The notes below the pieces were generated by a model. It had not been told where the DNA came from. It was given only the letters and a program-made list of their open reading frames with translations, and searched no databases. A stretch of DNA of 63,945 nt, the filler included, from Saprolegnia diclina VS20 (taxonomy: Eukaryota): assembly GCF_000281045.1 (NCBI RefSeq). It is 7 parts of 3 records of this genome, joined end to end, with 100 filler letters (N's around TTAATTAATTAA, not from the genome) between each part and the next. Parts side by side here need not be neighbours in the genome. Positions count along the whole stretch, not along the records: positions 39,327 to 50,465 come from NW_008246072.1; positions 50,566 to 58,030 come from NW_008246072.1; 5 more parts are not named here. One strand, given 5' to 3'. Of the stretch, positions 45,430 through 58,030 are shown piece by piece (positions within the stretch are counted from its first letter, which is position 1; every line of letters starts with the position of its first letter). Both the position numbers and the translations under genes were made by a program.

Positions 45430-47200
45430 ATGGCAGGCAGCGTCAAGGCGACCAAGCTTTCGGACGTTGTGCTTGCGCACGAGCTCAAGACTGGCCGAAG
45501 CTCCGTGTGGACGCGCCTTGTCGCGGTCAAGGCTGCGCACCTCGGCGCCGCGACGGAGCACCTGGAGCCCACGCCCAAGAAGCGCTAGTACGTTATCAAA
45601 TGTAGGCACCGCCTTGCACAAACCTGTCGCCATAGGACGCTGCCTCCAGCGGCGTCTTTCTTGCTCGCAGCCGCGCCCGTTTTGCCGGCAGCAGCGGCGC
45701 CTCCTCCGCTCAAGCGCCTCATCGTACGTCCCCTTCTTTCAACACCGGTACGATGGTTCTTCCGCTAGAACTTCCTGTACGCGCCGCCACGGTGGAATGG
45801 CGGCATCACGGCAAGTGCACAAACATTGCGGTACGTCCTCTTCATCGACGCACTGGCTCATGCCTCTAACTGTGACAGAGCGTCAATGTGGACGAGGAGT
45901 ACAACGCGATCAAGAGAGGCCTCGTGGCAGCCGCGACCGACGAAGTGTGTCCTCTCGATCACTCTCGTGTCATGACTGATGATGATTTACTGTACAGGCT
46001 CGTCACCCGACGCTCCTTTGCGGTAGTACCACACCAACACGCGCTGCAAATCGAATCGCTCACAGTGTCCTCTAGCGGTTGTGCTCCGGCCGCTGACGGC
46101 GACGCGCACCAACCTCGTGTTGGTCCAGCGCGACGGCGTTGCCGTGTTCCACTACAGTGGACACGGCCACCTGCAGCGCGGCCTCGTGTTTATGGGAGCC
46201 CAATACAACTCGGACCCCGTCTCGGCGGCCGAGATCCACGCCTTGCTGGGCGGCTTCGTCCAGGTCGTCGCGTTGCTGCTCACGTGCCACTCGGAGGCCA
46301 TCGGTACTATCACGACGCCTCATTGTCAAGCTACATTTTTGCACCCTAGGCGAAGCGCTTGTCGCCGTTTGTGTCATGCACGTGGTTGCGGTTGCGCAAG
46401 AGGTTACGATTTGCGCCGGGGCTGTGCTGCTCTTCCACGAGTAGGCTGCATTTCATGATGGTCTTGCTTTGACATGAGCGTAGGGACTTCTACACGCTCT
46501 TTGCGAGTGGCCACTCGATCGCGAAGAGTGTTGAGCAAGGCCGGGTCGCGATCCGCACGTCGAGTAGCCCGCGGTTCGAGCGGTACGACGCCAACAATGA
46601 CACGGGTCGTACTACACTTGATATATAGTGCGCGGACTCGGTTTTGCTGCTGCCCCGTGGCGGCGACCACGACGCCATCATTTTCCCGACTGCGTTTCCC
46701 GCGTCGGCCGTCGTCAGCAACCCGTTCCCACCGCTTCACACCGGCAACCTTCCGTGCGAACTGCGGGTGCGTATGACTCTCCCATTGCACGTCTCTTATA
46801 GAGACCTAGACGTACAAGGAGCGCAACCTCGACGAGTTCCTCGTATGCACAAGATGCTGCGACGCGATGCTGGAACGTCATGCAGCAGCTCGTGGCGGGC
46901 GACGCTCTGTACGAACGACGTGCTACGCTGCATTATTACATATTGCATGGTTAGGTCATTCCTCAAGTCCAAGGCGCTCCTGGTCCTCGACGGTCTCGAC
47001 GCCGTTGCGGAAACGCTATCGTTTCTCGAAGGACCACGGCGTCATCGCGCGCGCCATCAAGCCTCTCAACCCCGACAAGCCGTCGCGCAAGATGCGAGCG
47101 GTGCGACGTCGTGATATTGGAAGATATTACACGCTATTGTAGTGCGGACTCGATTCTTGCTGCTCATGACAACGACCACAACCCACCTTTCTGGACCAAC
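45430..47200 (+). pseudogene. CHAT (caspase-like peptidase) domain gene with NTPase-like remnant, multi-exon, probably disrupted
   Basis: Spliced LINFLYAPP..VDEEYNAIKRGL..FHYSGHG..LLTCHSEAIG..DFYTLFASGHSI; downstream ALLVLDGLD; apparent stop at a splice junction and a frameshift near 46643; ends approximate. Confidence 0.7.
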
Positions 47201-48073
47201 GACCTTCGGCGCGGGTGCGCTTCCCCATTCCAGCCCACATCTCTCAGGATCATACATAGGTGACCAAAAAGCGCTGCGACAACGAGGACATTCACAACAT
47301 GCGATACGATTCTCAGCATGATATAGACTGCCTCTTGCGCCCCAACTTGAGCGCTGTCCGGCTCCATGGTCGAAGCGGCGTTGACAAGACTGGCGAATTC
47401 AGCGGCCATCGAGCTCCGCGACCACTTTGGATGCAAGGTCGTGCGCTCATCGCATTGCGAAATAGGTCACCCACAAGCACGCCTGGCACCGAGAGCTCCG
47501 AGAACCCCAACGGCAACGACAGCAACAAAGGGCGAGCGAGCAATGCAGTGCGTGAAGACAAGCAGTGGCAAAGCGTCGCGCATTCCATTGCTCGCTCGCC
47601 GCTTTAGTGCAATGGCCCCGTCGTCGAGGTACGAGCTGCCTCATGATCAAGCGCGTGGTGGGTGCTAGCGTCTTTGCGATGGCTTTCGCTCAGACGCGCC
47701 ATTCGGTCACGCAGCCAAGAAGCTTATCGTCAACCAATCTCAAATATCGGGATGAATACACAACGGTTTTATTGTTCTCTTGCAATAATGTCGCGAGGCT
47801 CGAGTACAAGACATGCAAGAAACAGCACCGCGTTGTCATGACAGCACGTTGCCAACGACCGGTCTCCAATATCACTGGCATATCTTTCCGGTTACGTGGC
47901 TAACACGTGTGCAATTAGCCAAACCAGATTGCTTCGACTAGAAACACGCATGCTTACGGTAAATAGTGACAAAAAACGCAAGTCGGGCTGTTCGATTGTG
48001 AATTGCCAAAAATGTATGTGCACGTTGACCTTACACCGCCAGCACCATTTCCCATTCTTCAATTGCCCTCGCC

Positions 48074-49280
48074 ATGGTCACGTTCGCCGTCTCGTCCGTG
48101 GAGCGCAACGTCTGCAAAGATGCTTCGACCGACGGTCAGCCCATCACGACGCTCAAGGAGTTTGCCAAAGAAGGCTGCAAGGACATTGTCCAAGCCACCA
48201 ACCTTGGTTCTGTTGTCGCTTCTGAAAGTGGTTTTGTGCGCGGTGTCATTGAAGCNNNNNNNNNNNNNNNNNNNNNNNNNNNNNNNNNNNNNNNNNNNNN
48301 NNNNNNNNNNNNNNNNNNNNNNNNNNNNNNNNNNNNNNNNNNNNNNNNNNNNNNNNNNNNNNNNNNNNNNNNNNNNNNNNNNNNNNNNNNNNNNNNNNNN
48401 NNNNNNNNNNNNNNNNNNNNNNNNNNNNNNNNNNNNNNNNNNNNNNNNNCTCTCCAAGCAAATGGTCGACAAGATGGACGAGCACCTCGTGGACCCGAGC
48501 CTCAAGCACTGGGTGCTTCCGTCCTTCTCGACAACGACCGACCACGACGTCATCGTCGCCAGCGTCGTGCTCATGGCCACGATGAAGAAGTACTTCACCT
48601 ACAAGTTTAGCCTCTGCTGCGGCATTCCGCACGTGACGCTCCTCGGCACTGTCGACGATTGGCAAGACATTCGTCGTCGCCTCGACAAGCTCTCAACGTA
48701 CGGCAAGCGCATGCAGCAGTGGACGACGATGCTGGCGCCGATCCTCGATCAGTTTGTGGCAGCGGCAAAAGGCCAAGCCGACGTAGAGTTCTGGGACCGC
48801 ATCTGCAGCCACGAAGGCGGCGGCTCGGGCCCGAGCTACCTCAACGGCTGGATCAGCGTCTTTTGCGTCTTCAACGACAAAGGCGAATGGCAAGGCGACA
48901 AGATGACCGACACGGTGCTGCTGCGAAGGCCCGAGGCCAATCCGGATGATTGGTTTGATGTTGTTGAGACCGAAGTTACGTACGACTACCCGCTCGTCGA
49001 CATGCAAGACATTCCGCCCGGGTACCTCACGGTCGACGTGACGATCGACGACAACGGAACCGAGTACAAGGCGCTCATGTTTGCGGGACACATGGCCTAC
49101 AGCATTGGTGACAACAAGGCGTCGATCGCGCCGTCGCTGAGCTGGGCGATCGCGCTCAAGAACGGCGAGCGCATCAAGAGCGAAGTACCGAGTGAAGACG
49201 AGTCGCCAACCGTTCAACACGGCACACCCTTGGGACACGCCAAGGAAAGCAAACCGCGCAAGAGCTGCGTCATCTCGTGA
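48074..49280 (+). CDS. DUF4419 family protein (internal gap)
   Basis: GFVRGVIE, WVLPSFSTTT, LMATMKKYFTY, CGIPHVTLLGTVDDW, GGSGPSYLNGWISVF. Confidence 0.88.
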
Positions 49281-49537
49281 CAAGACCATATAGCTACTTG
49301 TACATAACCGATTTACTAGCAGCGCACGGCTAGGAATTAGTGCTCGCATACAATGTTACTTCATGAATAGAGAAAATATGTGCAAAAAGAAATTTCCGAG
49401 AGAAAGAGACTGAACAGAGAAGACAAGGCTGAATTGACAGCGACCGACCTTCACTCGCTGGCCAAAGTGCAAACGACCAGCATCGTCATTGGCGTTCATT
49501 CACTCAGTTCGATTTGCGTCATCATCATCATCGCAAC

Positions 49538-50146
49538 ATGGGCGTCCGGTACCTCCTCGTGCTCGACTTTGAAGCAACGTGCAGCGAGACACTGCCCCGA
49601 GACGAAATGGAGATCATCGAGTGGCCCGTCGTCGTCATCGACGTTGTCGCCAGGACAATCATTGCCGAGTTTCACTCGTATATTCGACCGACGCGGCACG
49701 GCGGTGTCTTGGCTCCGTTCTGCACCTCGCTCACGGGCATTTCCCAAGCGGTGGTCGATGGGGCGCCCGCTTTTTCAATCGTCTATCGAGACGCCCAAGC
49801 TTTCTGCGCTCCGTACCTCGAGGACGGACTCTTTGTCACGTGTGGCGACTGGGACCTCAACGCGATGCTGCCGACGCAGTGTCGATTCAGCGGCGCAGAG
49901 ATTCCTGAAGCGTATACGCGCTGGGTCAACATCAAGTTTGCCTTCCGCGACTGGCAAGGTACGCGCGTGCGGGGCATGGCCGAGATGCTAGAGAAACTGG
50001 GCTTGCCGCTCGTGGGCCGGCACCACTCGGGCATCGACGACACGCGCAACATTGCCGCAATCGTCTTGCGCATGCTGGAAGGCGGCCACGACTTTGTTTA
50101 CACCAGCGTCCTTCGGCAGCCCCGACACGGCAGACGTCGTACATAG
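49538..50146 (+). CDS. ERI1-family DEDDh 3'-5' exoribonuclease
   Basis: LVLDFEATC, EIIEWP, LTGISQ, TCGDWDL, GRHHSGIDDTRNIA. Confidence 0.93.
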   Translation: MGVRYLLVLDFEATCSETLPRDEMEIIEWPVVVIDVVARTIIAEFHSYIRPTRHGGVLAPFCTSLTGISQAVVDGAPAFSIVYRDAQAFCAPYLEDGLFVTCGDWDLNAMLPTQCRFSGAEIPEAYTRWVNIKFAFRDWQGTRVRGMAEMLEKLGLPLVGRHHSGIDDTRNIAAIVLRMLEGGHDFVYTSVLRQPRHGRRRT

Positions 50147-50565
50147 TCCTACATGCCAATTAAACAGAGCATCTTTATGACGTTGTCATGAAATATCCTT
50201 ATGACATAATCATGGCATACCTACGCCATGGGTGAATGAGCAACCGACGACGCGATGCATATCGTGCGAACGAGTGCTTGCTTGGTGCGACCGTGCAGCA
50301 AGACCAGTTTCGTCGTCCATTCTCTGATTCGCTGGCTGTATATTAATTCCACCAATCAACGCCGCTTCCATATTCCAATAGCCAATCACACGCCACGTCG
50401 TCGGACGCCAGCATATTGGCTGCCATGGGCAACCCCAAGCTCGAGCCCAACGCGTGGCTGGTCGTNNNNNNNNNNNNNNNNNNNNNNNNNNNNNNNNNNN
50501 NNNNNNNNNTTAATTAATTAANNNNNNNNNNNNNNNNNNNNNNNNNNNNNNNNNNNNNNNNNNNN

Positions 50566-52348
50566 TGTTGCTGAGGTTTGCAATTGAAAAATGAGCTCTC
50601 GCTACAAGATCGCGCTTGTGTGAAAGCGACTGCGCACTAGTATCCAAGATCACGATCAAGTATCCGGCTATCCGGTTAAGAATGGAAAGGCGCGCGTCTG
50701 CAACTGGACATTCGTCGGTTATTAATACAAGACATCGCACGACGGGGTCAACTGCAAAATAAAATGGCGATCGTCCGTCAGGAAACGGACCAACCCTTTC
50801 GATCGAACGCTATGGGAAGCATTAAGCCCGAGCATGGGTCAGTTATTGACCCTTGGCCCGAGTTTGTGCGCTTGGACGTAATCTGATTTCGGATCCTATC
50901 TATTTTTAGACGGTACCTGCTAGGAGCAGGACCCCTGGTCGGTCAAGGCTTACCCTAGGGTAGACCCGCCATAATGGCCGCCCCCCGCCCCTCATACATC
51001 CCTGTTTGTAGATTGCCCCTAGGGTACGAGACCCCNNNNNNNNNNNNNNNNNNNNNNNNNNNNNNNNNNNNNNNNNNNNNNNNNNNNNNNNNNNNNNNNN
51101 NNNNNNNNNNNNNNNNNNNNNNNNNNNNNNNNNNNGACGACTCGGACGCAAAAAGGAACGAAAAGAGAACGGGGAGGAGGAGACAGATGCCCGCGTCAAG
51201 TAGAAAATGGCCCGTGCGCAGCGACGAAGCGAGACCGACTTGGAGAAGACTGGACGAGTCCATCGTCATGGTTAGCGTGGCTACTGTTGCTGAGGTTTGC
51301 AATTGAAAAATGAGCTCTCGCTGCAAGATCGCGCTTGTGCGAAAGTCTGTCAGGTATCCGGATATCCGGTTAAGACTGGAAAGGCGCGCGTCCGTAACCG
51401 GACCTCCGGTTACGAGATGGGTGTACCATGCCTTGCCACACCACAGCAACAACAGGCACTGAGCGACAGGTGACAGACAGACTACAGGCGACATGCGGCC
51501 GACTGTTCATGAGTACCCCAACGCGAATGTATGTCGGTTGTGCTGCACACCACGTCGAAAAATAATAGTATTAGGACCTTGTATCATTAGGTATTGTACC
51601 CAAGGCGCCGAACTGGCAAGTACTACATTGCACGACTGGGTCGACTGCAAAAGAAGATGGCGATCGTCCGTTAGGAAATTTACCAACCCCTACAATCGAA
51701 CGCTTTGGGAAGGAGTCCATCCATGTGCCTGGACGTGATCTGATTTCGGATCCCATCTATTTTTAGACTGCCTGCCAGGAGCAAGTCTAAAAATAACGTT
51801 AGTCAGCGGCTGGTCCTGAGCAAATAATATTTTCAGCGCGACTGGAATCTGAGTCGTCATCCAGGTCGCGGGGATCGAGGCCAGGATACCGGTACTAGTC
51901 CCTACGGGTATAGCTTCACGGAGCACGACTATTAGTGTAGAGCTTTCAAGCCCATATGGAAGCTGGCAATAACGCTGAGCGCCCTTTTTGGTTCTTGGCA
52001 GTACCAAAACTCTTCGTTTGAACAGCATTTTCTCTGGCACGAATGATTGGGTAGAAAACATGATTCGCATGTCAAATGAATGTCTCTACATGCAGAGCTC
52101 AAGAAGGCGGTGGATCAGGAATGCATGCGAACGCAGTAGCTGACGCAGTACATTGGTGAGTGCCAGCTCGGTGAGTGCGACAGTGGCATGCGCCAATACA
52201 TATATATGCAGCTCGAAAACCTGCGTTGGTGGTGGACGAATCAGGAGGAGTGGTAAGGAGAGCTTTTCCTCTCCTTCTCGCTTCTCGCGATGGAAAACGT
52301 GGGGCAAAAGGCAACCGCGTTGTCTGCACTCGTCCATGGGTGAAGCCA
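50566..52348 (-). repeat. Two further inverted copies of the BCS1-like gene 5' region
   Basis: 50566-50603 is the reverse complement of 25723-25760; 51136-51320 matches the gene start; about 51780-52348 matches 24367-24950. Confidence 0.9.
50928..51035. mobile_element. Other end of the MITE-like TIR element
   Basis: AGGACCCCTGGTC after target CTAGGAGC; internal palindrome TACCCTAGGGTA. Confidence 0.7.
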
Positions 52349-52989
52349 GGTCGAGAAAAAGTAACCACACGTAAAAATGCCTCCGTTCTCTACTCGTCTG
52401 CCAAAAAACCTAAATTGGCTCACGACCAGGCCCCGGATGGTGTAGCGCTTCTCGCCGCAAAAAACATCTTCCGCCATTATTTGGCACGCGACCATTGACT
52501 ACCGCTTTGCGTTACTACCCGTAGCACAGGCCAGCCTTGAAAATATTGGCGGCGGGTCGCAAAATTCTATTTTTAGCGCAATGTTATCTGCGCAATGTTA
52601 TCTGAGCTGCGAAACTGTTCGGTGGCAGTGTATTGTCTGATCCTGTGGGACCGGTAACAACAAAGTGGCGTCTCGGCAATGCCGCTGCTCTCAGGTATCG
52701 ACATCCACGATCTTACAGGCACGACTACTCTCGTCAAAGATGGTTTAGCGCAGCGGGTGCAGCGACTGTCTACGCGTATTAACGCGAGTGCTGTATGGGA
52801 CGAGGAAGGCAATCATCGCTCGCCAAACACGCTTCTCATGACCATCATTAGACACAAGTGTGCGCGGCTGTGTGCCACCAATACCTCACAAGATCTTATA
52901 GTGGCATAGTGGCTTGATTGGTGCTGTTGATAATTTATCAAACTATCAACGTTGTGTATCGTTACAGGCCCAACCGTTTATTTCGCAAA

Positions 52990-54630
52990 ATGAATTGCTG
53001 GCGCCCCAACGTCGCAAATGCACACCGAGAAACGCAAGTGCGGGTGACGGTCCAGTGGTTACCACCCCAGATTACGCAAGAGATCCTGTCCTTTCTGGAC
53101 GATGCGAACGATGCTTGCGCCTTCCTTACAGCAATGCCAGAAGAAGCCCTCGACGACGCTCTGGATGCGCTCCGGAGCATTTTGGGTCTTAGCTTTTGCC
53201 TTTCGCTGTGGCCTGTCGCACACGGTCGCGAACTCAACCTTCCGTTCAATCGAGAACAACGATATCCGTGGTACGACGAATTCCGCAGCATCATGCGACG
53301 CGCGCTTCCAGCGTTCCCGCGCATCGATGTCGTTTACGATGTGAACCATCCGGTCATCTACGAGATATGCCACGCCACAATGCTGCGACCAACCACAAGC
53401 GTTCACGCCGAGGTCGACCACGATGTGGGACGCGTCCGTGCTGCCTTTGGCAACTGGACCACGAGCATCACGCATCTCACGATCTTGAGCGAGTCGTTTC
53501 TCAACTACAACGACGTCGTCGAGGACGAACTTTTGGCGTGTCCGCGCCTTCGTGCGCTCACGATGGAGCAGTTTGATGCAAATAGCCATTTTGGTCATGC
53601 GCTGGCCGTCGTTATCACGGCATCTCCCCGACTCGAACGCCTGAGTCTACGCTCGTATTTCAAATCCGTCATGGCGGACGGCACCAACCTCCTTGCGTGG
53701 CTAGCACGACCGTCAGCGCGACATCTCCATCTCGAACGCATCGTATTTGACGCCGAGCTCGGCACAGCGCTAGCGAGAGCGATGCTAACCTCGAAAACGC
53801 TCAACACGATCGAGCTTGTCGACACACCGTATCTCGCGCATGGGGTGATGAGCCCGTCGTTGCCACCGCTGCCCCGTCAACTGCGCCACTTGACGATGCA
53901 TTTTGACAAGTCGGCCGATGTAAACAGTGATCTGCCGTGGACGTTTGGTGACGCCGACGCGTGGGCGCTTGCCACCAAGATCGTTCTATCGAACTTAACC
54001 ACGTTCAAGTTGCGCCTCCAGAACCGCTGCGACGTGACGCCGGTGATGACTGCCTTGGATTTGATCCCGACCTTGACGACGCTTGCGCTCGAGACAGTGC
54101 ACGTCAGCGCGTTTCCGCATCTGGTGCAGCTCTGGCGTCTGGAGCTACTCGCCGTGACGTACTCGGAAAATGCGATCGCGTCGCTAGCGACATTGCTCCA
54201 TGCGTTCCCAAAGCTGACGCATCTCGATCTTGGCCAGCAGCAGCTTCCATACCACCAGGCTCTTTCCATCTTTCGCGCGTTGCCACTATGGCTAAGCCAT
54301 CGAGGGACAGCCTGTGAGGTCCACCTTGGGATCGAAAGCGATGCGCATGCCAACGCTTTTGCGACGGCGCTTGTCCAGATGCGCAACACGCACAAGATCA
54401 CACTCACAGTTTTGAATGGTGGCCTCTCGCTCAAGGCGCACCAGTATATTGTCGCCGCGCTCGGGTTGACGTCGCGCATGGGCCTGCGCTTCTCGCCCAT
54501 GGCAGGATACCTATCCGCCGACGAGAAAGTGACGTTGGCAACGTACAGCAAACTGCATCGTGTCCAGATCTCGAAACGGAAACGGCGCGACTACACAGAG
54601 ACTTGGTATCTCTCGCCGAGTGCTTCGTGA
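52990..54630 (+). CDS. F-box-like/LRR family protein, copy G
   Basis: WLPPQITQEILSFLDDANDACAFL; colinear paralogue; start codon uncertain. Confidence 0.8.
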   Translation: MNCWRPNVANAHRETQVRVTVQWLPPQITQEILSFLDDANDACAFLTAMPEEALDDALDALRSILGLSFCLSLWPVAHGRELNLPFNREQRYPWYDEFRSIMRRALPAFPRIDVVYDVNHPVIYEICHATMLRPTTSVHAEVDHDVGRVRAAFGNWTTSITHLTILSESFLNYNDVVEDELLACPRLRALTMEQFDANSHFGHALAVVITASPRLERLSLRSYFKSVMADGTNLLAWLARPSARHLHLERIVFDAELGTALARAMLTSKTLNTIELVDTPYLAHGVMSPSLPPLPRQLRHLTMHFDKSADVNSDLPWTFGDADAWALATKIVLSNLTTFKLRLQNRCDVTPVMTALDLIPTLTTLALETVHVSAFPHLVQLWRLELLAVTYSENAIASLATLLHAFPKLTHLDLGQQQLPYHQALSIFRALPLWLSHRGTACEVHLGIESDAHANAFATALVQMRNTHKITLTVLNGGLSLKAHQYIVAALGLTSRMGLRFSPMAGYLSADEKVTLATYSKLHRVQISKRKRRDYTETWYLSPSAS

Positions 54631-55045
54631 CCCTTTATTCCTACCGATTAATTTTGCAAGCTGTCCATCTCATCGCTTCATACACTTTGAACTATCGCAT
54701 ACGACAGCCCATAGGACTATCTATCGATATAGCTAGCTAGCCACAGTGCAGAATTCGTGAAAGTGCTACATTGCGCGAGCTACGCGCTGACATTTGATCT
54801 CACAACGTGTGCGTATCGTACCTACCGACTAGCTTCCCGCTGCATATTAGAACGACGTTGCTTTGCGCTGGGAGAACTCTTTGGGAGGACCAAGCGCGCC
54901 TCGTAATCCAAAGATGCCAGATCCGTCAACTTCAACTTGTGCGAATCGAGCGGGTGCGCATCCGGATAAACCTGGCGAGAATGCATATCGCGTATTGAGT
55001 CTCGATTCAAAAGGCGATTTCGGAACAAGCCGGCGACGGGCCGCG

Positions 55046-55299
55046 ATGAACGCGACGACGAGGTACCCGGAGTCGTACCAGGCGAGCTTGGGCATGACGA
55101 CGCAGCACTACGTGTCCATGGTCAAAACCATCTTCCTCGGGCTCTCGGGCGCAGCGCTCGGCGTCTTCATCCTCGTCCTCTACGGGCTCTGCATGAAGCG
55201 CCCGACGTGGTGGTACGGCCTCCTCGTGCGCTGGCTGCGCATCTCGGACCCGGATGCGACAACGTCTGCGATCTTCCAGCGCTCGAATGCGGTCGCCGT
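55046..55299 (+). CDS. 5' end of a membrane protein, truncated by gap
   Basis: ATG-initiated, GC3-rich frame with TM segment IFLGLSGAALGVFILVLYGLC. Confidence 0.6.
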
Positions 55300-56095
55300 N
55301 NNNNNNNNNNNNNNNNNNNNNNNNNNNNNNNNNNNNNNNNNNNNNNNNNNNNNNNNNNNNNNNNNNNNNNNNNNNNNNNNNNNNNNNNNNNNNNNNNNNN
55401 NNNNNNNNNNNNNNNNNNNNNNNNNNNNNNNNNNNNNNNNNNNNNNNNNNNNNNNNNNNNNNNNNNNNNNNNNNNNNNNNNNNNNNNNNNNNNNNNNNNN
55501 NNNNNNNNNNNNNNNNNNNNNNNNNNNNNNNNNNNNNNNNNNNNNNNNNNNNNNNNNNNNNNNNNNNNNNNNNNNNNNNNNNNNNNNNNNNNNNNNNNNN
55601 NNNNNNNNNNNNNNNNNNNNNNNNNNNNNNNNNNNNNNNNNNNNNNNNNNNNNNNNNNNNNNNNNNNNNNNNNNNNNNNNNNNNNNNNNNNNNNNNNNNN
55701 NNNNNNNNNNNNNNNNNNNNNNNNNNNNNNNNNNNNNNNNNNNNNNNNNNNNNNNNNNNNNNNNNNNNNNNNNNNNNNNNNNNNNNNNNNNNNNNNNNNN
55801 NNNNNNNNNNNNNNNNNNNNNNNNNNNNNNNNNNNNNNNNNNNNNNNNNNNNNNNNNNNNNNNNNNNNNNNNNNNNNNNNNNNNNNNNNNNNNNNNNNNN
55901 NNNNNNNNNNNNNNNNNNNNNNNNNNNNNNNNNNNNNNNNNNNNNNNNNNNNNNNNNNNNNNNNNNNNNNNNNNNNNNNNNNNNNNNNNNNNNNNNNNNN
56001 NNNNNNNNNNNNNNNNNNNNNNNNNNNNNNNNNNNNNNNNNNNNNNNNNNNNNNNNNNNNNNNNNNNNNNNNNNNNNNNNNNNNNNNNNNNNNNC

Positions 56096-57423
56096 TCGAT
56101 GCGGCGGACCATGTACTTGCCTTTCTCCACGCAGTGCCCATCGGCGCCCGCGACGAGGCCCTCGATGCGCTCGCGACGCTCTTGACCGAGGACGCCGACC
56201 TCTGGCCGGTCGCCGCCACGGCTGACTTGGACGAGATGGACGTCGCGACCGTGACAAAGGCGCTGCCAGCCTTCCGAAAGCTCATGGTCGAACAAGGTAG
56301 TGATGTGTTGAACCGCTGCCGGAGCACATTGCTTCCGTCAACAACCGCCGTCCACGCCATCGTCTACTACCCTGGCGACTTACGATCCAGTCTGGGCCGC
56401 TGGGTACGCAACGTCGTCGGCTTCACGATCCGTGTGGATGAAGTACCTATTGATGCGAGCGTTTTGCAGCAACAGCTCGCAACCTGCGAGGAGCCTCGGG
56501 CGCTCACGTCGTTTGGCGTCGAGTGGCGTGGCCCACAGGTCAATCAAGAGCAGCTAGACGGCGTCATGGCCGCCATCACGGCTTTCTGTCCCAACATCTG
56601 TGCTCTGCACTTCACGGCAGCTGCCTCTGGCAGCTTGGACAATTGCGAGAGCCTCGTCGAGTGGCTGGATCAATCAAGAGCAGAGCAATTCCAGCTCAAT
56701 GGCATCAACTTTAGTCTGGCTGCTGCCAAGACCTTGGCGCATGCGCTACTGGCGTCGCCAGGTCTTCATATGATCAAGCTCGTCGACACGTCGAGCATGC
56801 TTCGGTTCTTTCTCGACCCGTCGCTTGCACTGCCACCCCGTCAACTGCGCGACTTGACGATCCAAGTCCAGGACTACTGGAGCCGCATAGTCTTCCCCTC
56901 GACGCTACGGTCGCTCAAGCTCGCGATGATGAGCCTCGACCACTTTCTGCTGCAATTGCCAAACCTCGAGCACCTCCAACTGCGCTTTGTAGAGATGACA
57001 CGAGCCGCGGTTGCCGATCTCGCGGCGCTGCTTGCAGCGACGACAACGCTGCACCGTCTCGATCTTGCGTACGCCCGCTTGCACGACGACCACATAAAGA
57101 CGCTCATCAACGCTCTTCCAACGTGGCTGAATCGCCAGCAAAAGGCTTGCTATGTGCGCCTGGATATGACGGACATGACGGCAGCGCTCCTTCCTGCTGC
57201 CATCGCCAACATACGCAATACGCACGAGGTGCAGCTGGAGCTGCGCAACGTGGACGACCTCGAGCTCGCAGTGAGCCAGCGCATCGTCACCGCGCTTGGG
57301 GCAACGTCGCGGATCAAGGTGCGCTTTGCAAACGAAGTGTGGGCACCCGACGACGTCAAGGCCGCCTCGTTGCACGTCCAGTACTCGGATGGCTGGTTTG
57401 TTTCGCCCCACGCGACATCCTAA
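56096..57423 (+). CDS. Divergent F-box-like/LRR family protein, copy H (5' end in gap)
   Basis: AFLHAVP..DEALDALATLL..LWP; PRQLRDL; LPTWL; FVSP. Confidence 0.78.
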
Positions 57424-57772
57424 AAACCCATGACAAATTGTACTTTTTACTAGTACATGGAAAACAATATTAGTTCAACCGTGGAATGAGTTCGCAGGAC
57501 ATTTGGGATTATTTGTTGAAATGTCCAAAAAAGGAGCTATGAATAAATGAATATGGCATCACGTTGTCGCGCCACAGTCTCAGCGCTGCTTTCGACAGCA
57601 AAGCTGTTTAAATGTCCACGTTCGCATAAATACGAGGCTCTCAAAATGGCAACGACACTGTCGACGCTAGCTGGATGCCTGAGCTCGATCGTCGAGAATG
57701 GAGTCTATTTCCCACATTGCATTTTCACACCCACCTTTTTCACCTCGTGTGAAAATCGTGCAGATTGCAAAA

Positions 57773-58030
57773 ATGACGACGACGCGGGTGATGGCGGCGC
57801 CATGGCTGCTGCCGCCGATCGCACTGCAGATGGTCCACTGCCTCGACACGCCCAAGGACGCCATGGCCTTTCTTCATGTAGTGCCTTATGGCGCCTGCGA
57901 CGAGGCCCTCGACGCACTCCTGACGCTCTTGGCCGAAGAGCCAACGCTCTGGCCCATCACAGAGGTGATGACCTTGGACGAGATGGACGAGTCGACCGCA
58001 AGAAGGCGCTGCCATCGTTTCGACAGATGT
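57773..58030 (+). CDS. 5' end of F-box-like/LRR family copy I
   Basis: MTTTRVMAAPWLLPPIALQMVHCLD; apparent frameshift just before the gap. Confidence 0.7.

Noticed and set aside
50951..51028. CCCTAGGG as telomeric repeat
   Set aside because: Isolated palindromes, not tandem TTAGGG/TTTAGGG; better explained as subterminal motifs of the TIR element.
54863..57423. Long ORFs spanning N gaps (also 24877..25764, 43787..44398, 48003..49280)
   Set aside because: Frames read through Ns and may join unrelated pieces; the TM protein and LRR copy H cannot be called a fusion.
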